Part shown: one piece after another, positions 48,850 through 64,000 of the stretch | How positions within the stretch are numbered: the first letter of the stretch is position 1 | Layout: each line of letters begins with the position of its first letter | Assembly: GCF_009914755.1 (NCBI RefSeq) | Contig: NC_060927.1 | Direction: 5' to 3' (one strand) | From: the human T2T-CHM13v2.0 reference genome, Homo sapiens | DNA length: 64,000 nucleotides | Notes under the pieces: generated by a model | Told to the model about the DNA's origin: nothing | What the model saw: the letters and a program-made list of their open reading frames with translations, nothing else | Databases searched by the model: none | Made by a program: the position numbers and the translations under genes

Positions 48850-50460
48850 TAAGGCCACGCCACCGGCTAAGAGTTCCGCCAGGGGCCCAGCTCTCAGGAG
48901 GCCTCTTCGGTGCCGCCAGCCTCCCGAAGTCATCCAAGGTAGCAGGCAAATCCGGCAGCAGCAAACTAGCTCGGATTCGGCTTCGGTTTTTCTCCCGGCC
49001 GGCGCCACAGGCCCCTCCTCCCGGGGCGGGCTCCTCGGTGCGAGGGCAGGAGGGGCGGAGCCGGTGGATGCCGCGGGCTCCTCCTCCCAAGGGCGGGCCG
49101 CGGGAGACCCGGCCGGCTTTGCCGGCGGGGACCGGGCTGGGGGCGGGGCCGGGCGCCGCGAGCCCCTCCTCTCGAGGGCCGGCCGGTTTGGCGGCGGCTG
49201 CGGAGGGTATCTGAGGCTCGGCTGCCAAGCCGAACGGGCTCTGGCTCCTCCCAGTGGCCGGCCGGGGCGGAAGCAGGAGGCGGGGGCAGCGTGCGCGCTG
49301 CTGGTCTTCTCTCCCGCGGCGCTGGGGCCCGCGCTCCGCTGCTGTTGCTCCATTCGGCGCTTTTCTGGCGGCTGGCTCCTCTCCGCTGCCGGCTGCTCCT
49401 CGACCAGGCCTCCTTCTCAACCTCAGCCCGCGGCGCCGACCCTTCCGGCACCCTCCCGCCCCGTCTCGTACTGTCGCCGTCACCGCCGCGGCTCCGGCCC
49501 TGGCCCCGATGGCTCTGTGCAACGGAGACTCCAAGGTCAGCGTGGGGGTCCCTGCAGCACCGCATCCCGGCGGAGGCGAGGCTCCCGGACCGGGGAGCCA
49601 CCCCGCGAGGCCCTTCCCCACCCCCTTCCCCCAGCCCGTCCGCGCAGCCCTGCGCCCCGGGCAGCCACGCGTCGTAGAGTCCCTGGTCGGGGCCTGTGGC
49701 ATGTTTTATCTCGGGAGCGGCGATGCTTTGTTGATCTTGTCTGCGTGTCGAGGTCCGGGCGTCGGGGAGGGCATCAGCTCCCCGCGGCCGCGTCGCTGGC
49801 CCCCGCCTCCCCCGCGCCGCTGTGGGGCGCAGAGCCCGCGAGCGCGGCGCGAGGGTGGGGGTAGGGCGGCGAGCGGGCTTGTGTGTCTGCGTGTCGGGGT
49901 GGGGGCTTCCTCGGCTCCCACCCCGTCCCTCTGGGAGGCTGGGGGCCCGTTGTGGCGATCCCGGGGCCCGCCGAAGGCAGGGCAGGGTCGGGGCCTCCTG
50001 TGCGGCGTTGGAGCTGGGCCGGCCTCTGGTCTTCCCGCCACCCCGTTTCCCGCCTGCCCTCGGCGAGGCCCGCTCCATTCCCCCCGCCAGCCTTGGGCTC
50101 CGCGGCGGTTAGGCCGGTTCTGGACGAACCCCTCGGAGCTGCACTGTCTTCCCCCTCCCCCAACGCCCCTGCAGGCCCGCGTGAGGGCTGGTGGCCCCAG
50201 GGTCGCGCACTCCGTTCTCCCTCCCCGCTTCCTTCTCAGAGAGGAAAGGGTGTGTGTCCAGGTCCCGCCCCCGTCCAGCTTGCTCCCTGTCGAGCTTGCT
50301 GGTTTGCGGGGTAACCCGCTTCCCCGCCTTTGGGGTCCCTCCCCGGGACGCGAGCCGTGCCAGCTCGCCCGAGGCCTGGGCAGTCCGGAGTTCCGGAGTG
50401 CTGGAAAAGTTGCCGCCTTGACGTACCCGGCGGGGAGAGCACGTTTGACCGCTGCTGCTC
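48850..50460 (+). promoter_or_regulatory. GMPS: GMPS CpG-island promoter, 5' UTR and start of intron 1
   Basis: ~1.6 kb of very high GC and CpG. GC boxes (e.g. ~49139-49148), E2F-like TTTGGCGG 49187-49194, CGGAAG ~49268-49273, NRF1-like GCGTGCGC 49289-49296. Confidence 0.92.
49509..49535 (+). CDS. GMPS: GMPS coding exon 1 (27 nt), GMP synthase (glutamine-hydrolysing); later exons lie outside the window
   Basis: ccgATGg GCT CTG TGC AAC GGA GAC TCC AAG|GTCAGC = MALCNGDSK, which I recognise as the human GMPS N-terminus. Phase-0 donor inside a CpG island. Confidence 0.93.
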
Positions 50461-52204
50461 ATCTCTCCTCCAACTCACTTTTCTTAGACCGTTCCTCTTA
50501 CTTTCGTCCCGCTTTTGAATTGGGCACCTTCGCTTTCACCTCTGTATTAAAATTTTCATTGGCCTGGAGTTCTTTCTGACCTTCACTAAGTCAGTTTTGC
50601 CAGCGGGAAACCGTGCAGTTTTGAATTGCGATTTACTTCATTAAGATACACCTCCTCTGTACGCTGTTGAGGGCCTAGCTTTAGGAAAAAACTTAATTAA
50701 ATTTCATTCGGGGGGTGGGATTGTATACTTCGAGGTGGATTTGGTGCTCTACGTCAGATAGTAGTGCCTTGTTCAGGCAGAATTTTAACATTCTTTTTAA
50801 AAGGTGCTGCTCAAGGGTCACATCTTAGGAGGTCCTCTTGAATGGTTGCTTAGCACCCGGTAATCATTCAAAAAGTATTTGTCGAACAATGAGTAAAAGA
50901 TTATAAGGTAGCTGATTTTAACTCTTTTAAACCAAGGCACCAGTGGTGCTTAGGTCCAGGGAGCTGTTAAGACACACAAACCTTTAGTTTCTGACCTAAG
51001 GAGCAAATGTAAACCCCATTGTCCAGCTCTTTCCCGATTACTAGTCGACTTGCAAAGCATTTTTCTGCCTAGTTTTGAATCTTACAACTCATTGGAAAGA
51101 TTCATCTTTATGCTGATAGATGAAATAACTGGTGTTAGAAGGACTGAAATTTAATTTATGGGCTTTGAAAAATATATAGTGCATTTGAGAGGAGTATTTT
51201 CACAAAACTAAGTGACAGAAAAGTATAAGATTTGTTTCCAGAGTATATAAGAGGATTTTTCTTTTTCCTAACTGGTATTTTTTCTTTGTTTTGCTCTAGT
51301 TGGAATGACAAAGATAATCTTATCAGTTTGCTATATTTGAGCCTAGGGTGAATTAATTTTATTTCAAGGTTCTTTATGTTTTATAGCATAATTAAACATT
51401 TTAAAAACTATGTTAACAATTAGTTGTGGACTGAATTGGAAGCATTTTCAAGAGGAACATCTGGAGAATTAATATATTTCATCAAATCTATGATTATTGT
51501 ATGTACCCCTGAGGAAGAAAGTCCTGACAAACCATAACATGCCAGTGATCATAAACATTTTAAGTAAAGAGATATTAAATATGGGGAAATACCTTATATC
51601 ACCTACTTTATTATGCATATTTCTAAGAGGCCCACCTGGAAATAAGTAGGAGTCTTATTTTCCATAGCCTACCACTGAACCACCTTTCCCTTGGGAGGAA
51701 AGGCTTACTTTGTACATTGATTGGGCCTTGGCTGTGTGTATCTTAGTTCATAAATTAAAAGTTGGGCAAGAGCTGGTTTTGATTCCTGTTTCTGGTACAT
51801 TTCAGTTATCAGGATTTTCTAAAACGGCGTTTTTGCATGATAGAAACTGGAGAGGGGCCTAAAAGCTATGAAAGCATTTGGGTTATTTTAATTATTTTTT
51901 ATACACAATATTTTATTTAATTTTTAATTTATATTATTTTTTTGAGACAGGATCTTGCTCTGTCACCCAAGCTGGAGTGCAGTGGTGTGATCACAGCTCA
52001 CTGCTGCCTTGACTTCTTTAGCCTCCTGAGTAGCTGGAAGTACAGGTGTGGATCACCCCGCCCTGCTAATTTTTATTTTTTGTAGAGACAGTTCTCGCTG
52101 TGTTGCTCAGGCTGGTCTGGAACTCCTGGGCTCAAGCTATCCTCCCACTTTAGCGTCCCAAAGTGCTGGGATTACAGTAGTGAGCCACTGTGCCTGGCCA
52201 GTAT

Positions 52205-52757
<553 letters not shown>

Positions 52758-55700
52758 GGTGATCAGCTTTTCTTTAAAAACTTTTTATTATGGCAAGGGT
52801 GTATTTGACATAGTAACTTGAGTTTTATTAAGGCAGCATTATCAGAGTAATGCTTTGGGTGACTTGTCAAGTTTCCTACTCTTTTCCCCTGTCTAAGGGT
52901 GAAACTCTTGGTTGGAGTAAAGGTGGTACCTGTCCTATCATTGAGAGGTTATGACTAGGTTATATCATACTTGGATGAAAGATGTTTTATAAACTCTCCC
53001 TTAGTGATTGCATGTGATACAGAATCTTTAATGGCATTTAATAATGTTAATTTTAAGTTTGGAATTTCCAAATTTAAGATTTTGAATGGAATGGGAATAT
53101 AACTTGGGATTTTTATCTGGGATGTACTGAGAATTAAACAACTATATCACCTTTTGTCACAACTTAGTAAATTTTTTTCTTAGATAAAAGTTAGATTTTT
53201 CAGATTTTATTCCGTTAGGATATTCATTTAGAGTGGAAGAACTGCTGCAGACAAAAGGAATGGTTTTTAGTGTAGTGTGTTCTTAGACCTGAAAGGTTTT
53301 GAAATTCCTCCAGGAATCTCGGATGACATTGCCTTTAGCGTGGGCCAACTTGTCACTTAAGGAAAATAATTCAGTCTTTTAAGAATTTTTACAAAAAGTA
53401 TAGACTTGTCTTATACTTGTACAAATGTATTTGATACTTTTTTAAGGTTAATGAATTACATTCCAAAGGATGTTGTTTGAAGTAATGAATAATTATTTGC
53501 TACCCAGAATAATCAAATTTTGCTGTTGTGGTACATTCTTAAACTTTGTTTTCTTTTTTTTTTTTTTTTTTTTTTTTGAGACAGAGTCTGGCTCTGTTGC
53601 CCAGGCTGGAGTACAGTGGCATGATCTCGGCTCACTGCAATGTCCGCCTCCCTGGTTCAAGTGATCCTTGTGTGATCCTTGTACCTCAGCCACCCGAGTA
53701 GCTGGGATTACAGGCGTGTGCCACCACATACGGCTAATTTTATATTTTTAGTAGAGACAGGGTTTCACCATGTTGGCCAGGCTGGTCTCTAACCCTTGAC
53801 CTCAAGTGAGTCGCTCACCTTGGCCTCCCAAAGTCGTGGGATTACAAGTGTGAACCACTGTGCCTGGCCTTAAATCCTGTGTTTTGTTTTGTTTGTTTTT
53901 GAGACAAAGTCTTGCTCTGTCACCCAGGCTGGAGTGCAGTGGCATGATCTCCCCTCATTGCAACCTCCGCCTCCCAGGCTCAAGGAATTCTCCTGACTCA
54001 GCCTCCTGAGTAGCTGGGACTAAATGCGCATGCCGCCGTGCCTGGCTAACTTTTGTATTTTTAGTAGAGATGGGGTTTCACCATGTTGCCCAGGCTGGTC
54101 TCGAACTCCTGGGCTCAGGTGATCCACCGGCCTCACCTCCCAAAGTGCTAAGATGATAGGCGTGAGCCATTGTGTCCGGCCCTGGCCTTAAACTTTGTTT
54201 TTATGCCTCTTTCTAACCTAAACCATATTTAGATGCTGAAAATGAATGAAAGTGTCAGGGTTAATGCATAATTCTGAAGCACTTTGTGAATCAACAGAAA
54301 AATAATTGTTTCATAGAATTTTAAATCTTTGTGTGGCATATACAATTCTGGGTTGCGTAGAATATTATTTTTTTCATGCTTATTGTGGAATAGAGATGCT
54401 TCTGTATTTGCTCAAGAAGGACGGTGGTTAAAAAAATTGCTTTATTATAGTAAAAACATAACAGTCAATTGGTTTTCTTGTTGGTGGACCCTTGCTATGG
54501 CTTCAGGTTCATGGTTTTGAGGACCTAGGAGATTATATAGTTAAGTCTATACACTCATTAAGATTGTTATAATGTGAAAGGGAATAAGATCTCTAAACTG
54601 GGGCACATGAGCATAAAAAAAGAAGGTGTGGAAAATTTAAATTTATAATAATTGCTGCAAAATAAAATATTACATACAAAAAAATTGTAGATTTACACAA
54701 TACAATTAGTAAGTAAATGGCAAAACTCCTGTGGCAAGAGTGTTCAGATTACTGTCTTCTGTACATTATACACAGGGACATATAACATCTCTTTCCTGCA
54801 TGTGTTACACAAATACCCCATATTTCCCAGTGACCCAGCTTATAATGGCCTCGAGGCTCCTGTGCATCTTGCAAGGTGAGGAGTGGCTGTAACACAACTG
54901 GGAGGTACACTGAGTAGCCGGCAGGAATAGCAACTTCAGATATTTCTCCTGTCATCACCCAAGACTAGATAGAGTTAGCTATCCTTAATTGCCTGTGTCC
55001 AAGAGTACTTGATTTTATTAGAAAAGAGTAAGGAAGGATGTGTTACCAGTATTTGGCATTCAGACTGAACGAGAAGTTAAAAATGAGAACTGTTTACTAT
55101 GCTTGCAACCCACACAACACTAGACAAAGCCATAGCCGAAGGTGGTATTAGATATAAGGTGAAAGTTTAACAAACCCGTCCTATTTTACTTTAAGGCAGT
55201 TATTCATAGTATGTTGTTAAAAAGAAAAATCTGAGACAAATGTTAAGCTGGGTGGGATATCGGACTAACAGATGTACATCAGGAGAGTCCTGGGCAGACT
55301 GGACCATATGGTCACTCCATTTATAGAGCACATATTGTTCTGAGTTTGGCTCTGATTTCTCCCCAGTGATGTGTATTTAAAATTTGGCTAAAATTTAAGT
55401 CTAGTGTGTATACATTAGCATTATTTTTCTGAGTTAATTATATAATAAGAGTATTATTCTAAAATTCTTGAAAACTGAGTGTCATTAATTACCTGTGTTT
55501 TAAAAGTGGTGTGAGCCAGCAGCACTGAACCTGACCCTAAGGTAAAATAATCTTCTCTAGTCTGCCATAACACTTGCAAGGGATGTTTCCCAAACCTTTA
55601 AAGCTGCCTGGACATGTGAAGTTTTCTGTTTAGTTACTCCCGTTTGTCACTGGAAAAACAGTAACCTTTTAATCTCAAAACTCACAGCGGTCCATGTAAA

Positions 55701-56263
55701 TTTAATTTCTACCTCATTTGCAATTTGGAGAACGAGTCTCAGTAATTCTTCTGAATCCTATTATGAATGTAAATTTAGGACTCCAGATTTCTAAAATTCT
55801 GCTTTGGACAAATTTTGGATCAACGATCTCTGATTAATTTGGGAAATTTTAGATGAACAAAAGTACCTGTAGATATATCATTATTTTGATGTTATTGGTA
55901 GCAGTAGAACTTCATTATACTTATTATTTGGCAAGCAAATTAAAAGAAATTTTAGTCAACATCCATGTCCTCAATCTGGATTCTACCATTTACTTTTCCT
56001 AAAAAAATTTTTATAACAGCTTTATTGAGATATAATTGACATACCATGTACTCTGCTTAAAGTATCCAACCCCATAGTTCTTAGTGTATTCACAGATTTG
56101 TACAACCATCACCCCCCATTTGTACAGTCAAAAAAACATTCTCATCCCTCCTCCCAAAAAAAAACCTCTACCCTTCAGCAAGGGTCCCCATTTTCCTGCA
56201 ACCACCGCTCCCTCCCAGTCCTAGTCAACCACAAATTCATTTTCTGTCTGTAGATTTGCCAAT

Positions 56264-56882
56264 TGTCTTAGTCTGTTGGGGCCGCTAAAACAAAATACCA
56301 GAAACTGAGTGGCTTATGAACAACAAAAATTTCTCACAATTCTGAACGCTGAGAAGTTCAAAATCAAGGGACCTGCAGATTCAGTGCCTGGTGAGGGCCC
56401 ACTTCCTGGGTCATAGAAGTGCTTGATGCTGTGTCCTCACCTTGGGGCCTTTTTTTTTTTTTTTTTGAGACAGAGTCTCGCTAGTACAGTGGCGCGATCT
56501 CAGCTCACTGCAACCTCCACCTCCTGGATTCAAGCCATTCTTCTTCTTCAGCCTCCCGAGTAGCTGGGCATGCGCCACCATGCCCAGCTAATTTTTGTAT
56601 TTTTAGTAGCAACGGGGTTTTGCTATGTTGACCAGGCTGGTCATGAGCTCCTGACCTCAGGTGATCCGCCTGCCTTGGCCTCCCAAAGTGTTAGAATTAC
56701 AGGCATGAGCCACCGTGCCCAGCCCCTAGGGCCTCTTTTATAAGGGTACTAATCCTATCCGTGTGGGCTCTGCCCTCATGCTCTAACCACCTCCCAAAGA
56801 CCTCACCTCTTAATATTATCACATTGGTGATTAGGTTTCAACATATGAATTTTAGGGGGACACAAACATTCAGACCGTAGCA
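56264..56882 (-). mobile_element. MaLR LTR (MST-type) with an internal Alu
   Basis: TGTCTTAGTCTG...GGGGGACACAAACATTCAGACCGTAGCA termini; 5-bp TSD CCAAT/CCTAT. Confidence 0.85.
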
Positions 56883-57279
56883 CCTATTTTGGACATTTTG
56901 TGACTAGAATCTTAAAATATATGGTGTTTTGTGGCTTTCACTTAGCATAATGCTTTCAAGGTTCATCTTGTAGCATGTATAAGTACTTTATTCCTTTTTA
57001 TTACCTGCTAATATTCCATTGTATGTATACCACCTTATATTTATCCACTTATCAGTTGATGAACATTGGGTTGTTTTCACTCTGAATATTATGAATAATG
57101 CTGCCATGGACATTTCTGTATAAGTTTTTATCTAGACAAAAGTTTTCATGCTCTTGAGTATAAACCTAGGAGTGGAATTTCTGGGTCATAGAGTGACTCC
57201 GTTTAACCTTTTAGTGAACTGTCAGACTGTTTTCCAAAGCAGCTGCAACATTTTATATTTTTGTCTGCTGTGTGGCAGT

Positions 57280-58600
<1,321 letters not shown>

Positions 58601-59785
58601 TAAGAGTTTTTTTTTTTAAGTCTAGAGATGTTTCTTATCAATATGATTTGTGATTATTTTCTGCCATTCTGTAGATTATCTTTTTACACTTTCTTAATGG
58701 TGTTCTTTGAAGCACCAAAACCTTTAATTTTGAGGCTTAATTTATTTCTTCTTTTGTCACTTTTGTTTTTGGTGTCATCTAAAAAACTGTTGGCCTCATT
58801 CAATACATATCACAAAGATTTGTGTAATTACCTATGTTTTCTTATAAAAGTTTTGTAGTTTTTGCTCTTATTTATGTCTTTGTTTCATTTTGAGATAATT
58901 TTTGTATCTTTTCTAAGGTGGGTTTAATCTGACTTAGGGTTTTTTAACAGACTGGCTCTTAGATTTGGATGATTGTTGGCCTTGTTATTGACCATGGCAG
59001 AGCTTGACCATGAGTGCCCCTGAAGGCTGAGGGTAACAGTTGCTCATTGTGGTAGTATCTTTTTGTATCAGTTTTGTATCTTTAGTGTCAGTTTGTGGAG
59101 AGAGGTGGTAGTTTAAAAAACTCACTAATAGGTGTTTTGTTTTGCTTGTTTTTATTGTGGTAAAATGTACATGCAGTGAAGTGCATAGATCTTTAAGTAT
59201 GTAGTTGAGTTTTGACATATATATGTACTCATGTAACCATCACCCCAATCAAGATATAGAACATTTCTGTCACTCACAACATTCCCTTGAACAATAAATA
59301 GAATCAGAAGCACTCTGGATTTAACAAAGTTGTTTTTAAAAAATGCAAACTTGGTATTGGTGCAGTATTTTTAAGTTAAAACTTTTTTCAGTTATTAAGA
59401 AAATCTCTGTCGGTTTGTCTGTTAGGCATATTATCTTGCCTAAGGTGGTACATCTTGGGTTAACCACGTCTGGCTCTCTAGAGGTTAATAGTGCTTCTCA
59501 GTGGTTTCTTTTCTCTGATGTCTTTCCTTCATTAGTTACCCTCTTATTAAAAAGAAAAAAATAAGTGTGCGTTTGTATTTTAATGTCTAAAGCCAAAGAA
59601 TCAGTGTAATGTTTATCATAAAGACAAAGTCACCGAGAGATGACCATAATTATAGACATTTGGTACAGTTTTACTTACATTCTTATGTATTTCTGTTAGC
59701 AAAGGCAGAATCAAAATATGTTATTAATATTTATTGTATATATTTATGGGGTACAATGTGATGTTTTGACAAAGTATGTTAATAA

Positions 59786-60148
<363 letters not shown>

Positions 60149-60214
60149 TAAGCTGGTGGTAGAAACATCTTCACAAAGGCATATGATGATACTAATTTTT
60201 AAAATTGTACTGTG

Positions 60215-60925
<711 letters not shown>

Positions 60926-61886
60926 ATATGGAAAATTGAAAACATTTGCATAAGTACAGTGAAGAATATAATGATCCCTCAGGTCCCTATCCAGTTCAGC
61001 AGTTATCAACATGTGACCAGTCTTTCATTCATGTTTATGTAGTGCATCACAGTAAGAGAGTTACATATGTCTGGTTGTCTGTTTTTGTATGTTAAGCTGC
61101 ATTAGTTGATTCAGATGTTACCAGCTTATCCGTCATTATCAGGTTTCTCATTAACCTTTTACTTAATGGTTTTAATAGCCACCGTTCAGTGCTTATCAAA
61201 CATCTGCAATGAAGACCATTTAAAAAACATTTCCAGTACTGAGGACTGCTACTTTTGTAAAATACAGTAAATTTCTAGACAAATGAAAATTTAAAATCCA
61301 ATATATTTTAAAAGCCCCCAATTTTTATTATAGATGCAACAGAAATAAAATTACTTTGTCAACTTGTTATGCAAATTTATGGATGCTTATATAAAACTTA
61401 TGGATTCTTTTTTTGTCATGAACTGGTAACAGTTTGCTTAAAAACGTTCCTTCACTAACTATGTGGTTACCCTGGTAAAGTCAGAATACATGCTTGATTC
61501 ATTCTCATTATTAATACTATTTTACCAATTTTGTAAATAGTTTTTTCAGATTTTATTCATTATTTCCAATGGTGCAATTAATGTATGCTGTATAATAGAA
61601 AGGGTCGTATGTAGAAAAGAGACTGGGTTTATGAAGTACAGAAACATCTTGAAAAATAGACCACATACTACCACATACTAAATACTTGTGAAATTGTGAC
61701 ACTCTATTACTTGAAGTTTAATTTTTTTTCTTTTTCTGTTTGAGACAGAGTCTCACTCTGTCGCCCAGGCTGGAGTGCAGTGGCACTATCTCAGCTCACT
61801 GCAGCTTCTGCCTCCTAGGTTCAAGCCATTCTCATGCCTCAGGCTCCCGAGTAACTAAAACTGTAGGTGTGCGCCACCACGCCTAG

Positions 61887-62021
<135 letters not shown>

Positions 62022-62748
62022 TAGCCTAATTTATTTCTTAAGGAAAAAAAATGTATAAATGTGTTAATATTTTAGGAATAGTGATCACGTGATAATCAAA
62101 ATTGAGAGTGTTCACAAATTCAGTATATTTAGAAAAATACAGCCCTTTGATTATCTTTCATCTCTTCATAAAAACTGTCTCGTATTTTAAGGTCATCTTT
62201 ATTAGTACATTGATAGTATGGGGAGACAAACTGAAGAGAACGAGTCAGAGTTTGGGTATCCATCTGTATTGTTTTCATTTCTTCGCTTCTTTGCAAGATG
62301 CCTTTGGTTCTTCATGCAAACAGGCTATACATGTGCACATACTTAAAATCACCTTCAAAAGTAATTTTTGTTAAAATACTAGATCTCAGTCTCCTCAGGA
62401 ATGCAGAGTGAGTCAAGACAACTAAAGGTGAATGTAAGAAAAAACCCAAGGAGTTTAACAGAACAACTAATCAGACTGAACATAGTTCAGAACTTTTCCT
62501 TCTAATATTTTGATAGTTTGACAACAGTTTTTACTGAATGTTTACCCTTTTCAAAATTGTGTATGTTGCCAGCTTTAGGAAACAAGCAGGTTGATTTGGG
62601 CTGATTGATACTGGTTTAAACCTACGCAAAGATAACCTTGTTCCTCAGTTGGCTAATGCTTGTTATTGAATAGAAAAACTAGCTATAATAAAGATTTTAA
62701 TCTTTATTATATTAATAATATATTAATATTAAAAGGATTTAAATATCA

Positions 62749-63243
<495 letters not shown>

Positions 63244-64000
63244 TTAAAAAATCAGATTAGAAATTGTGGCCCTGGACCAACTTTAAATTTCCCCTCAAAT
63301 TAGAAGAAAAAGATAATAAAGAATTGTTCTATTTTCTTACCCCTAGTGTTCATAATGTGCAGATTACATACAGTAGAACTGTATTCAGTTTACCTGAGAA
63401 GATAGAATTCATCAACCCAATTCCATGATTAGGGTATGTGTATGGGGTTCTGGCTGTCTTTAGGTGGGTGCTAGAACTGGTAACTAAGTTGAAGCTAAAT
63501 TGCTTTTTAGTTCATTGATTTAGATAGTACATTCAGCTGTTCATTATATTCTGGGAAGGTGCCCACATGAACTTGAAAGGAGCTATTGGCCCCTTGTAGA
63601 TAGGGTAGAAGAGAGTCTGGACTACTTTGAAAAACTAAGAGATGTGTTTGGTTAGCAAAAGAAGATGAAGCTGCAGTCAGAGGTACAAACTGGTTCAGTT
63701 AAGGAGGAAAAATAATTGAATTTGAAACAATATACGTAACACGTAGAAACTAAATAGTCTTTAATGAATACCTACTAGCTTGAAATCTCATTAGGGAAAA
63801 GAGTTTTCTCAATGTATGAAGTTATTAACCAAGAGCAGTGAAAAGCTGACATAACATATGTCAGTAGAGACTTGTATTTCCCAAATCTATCGAACATTGA
63901 AAACTTAAACATAGTAATTTATTGAAGGCACTCCCATAGAATCCTATCTGTTGTGTACTCAGATTAAAGGAGGTAGTGAAAATGAACTCAGATGAATTAA

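Noticed and set aside
48772-50579. Long overlapping ORFs (up to 441 aa) on both strands of the GMPS CpG island
   Set aside because: Stop-codon scarcity in very GC-rich DNA gives low-complexity Pro/Arg/Gly/Ala products. Only MALCNGDSK is supported.

Overview
Alu-dense primate DNA, almost certainly human. I recognise it as the SLC33A1/GMPS locus (3q25) from the protein sequences. The minus strand carries the complete six-exon CDS of SLC33A1 (ER acetyl-CoA transporter AT-1): 775+188+185+118+216+168 = 1650 nt, 549 aa, all introns GT-AG. Its CpG-island promoter lies at ~32.4-33.4 kb and its 3' region is AT- and Alu-rich. On the plus strand a second CpG island (~48.9-50.5 kb) holds coding exon 1 of GMPS (MALCNGDSK); the rest of the window is GMPS intron 1. 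Most of the remainder is interspersed repeat: dozens of Alus (one AluYa5), solo ERV1 LTRs with intact target-site duplications (TSDs), a deleted ERV1 provirus with pol and env remnants, MaLR/ERVL LTRs, L1, L2, MIR and hAT fossils. Nearly all other ORFs in the track are Alu or GC-rich artefacts. I see no evidence of a wholly new biological system. The best leads are a candidate alternative first coding exon of GMPS, a stronger competing NMD-inducing donor after SLC33A1 exon 1, a compact stress-response motif cluster at the SLC33A1 promoter, poly(A)-site-gated inverted Alus 3' of SLC33A1, and an in-frame pol-env deletion junction hidden under an Alu. Repeat family names come from recalled consensus sequences, and repeat boundaries without TSDs are approximate.
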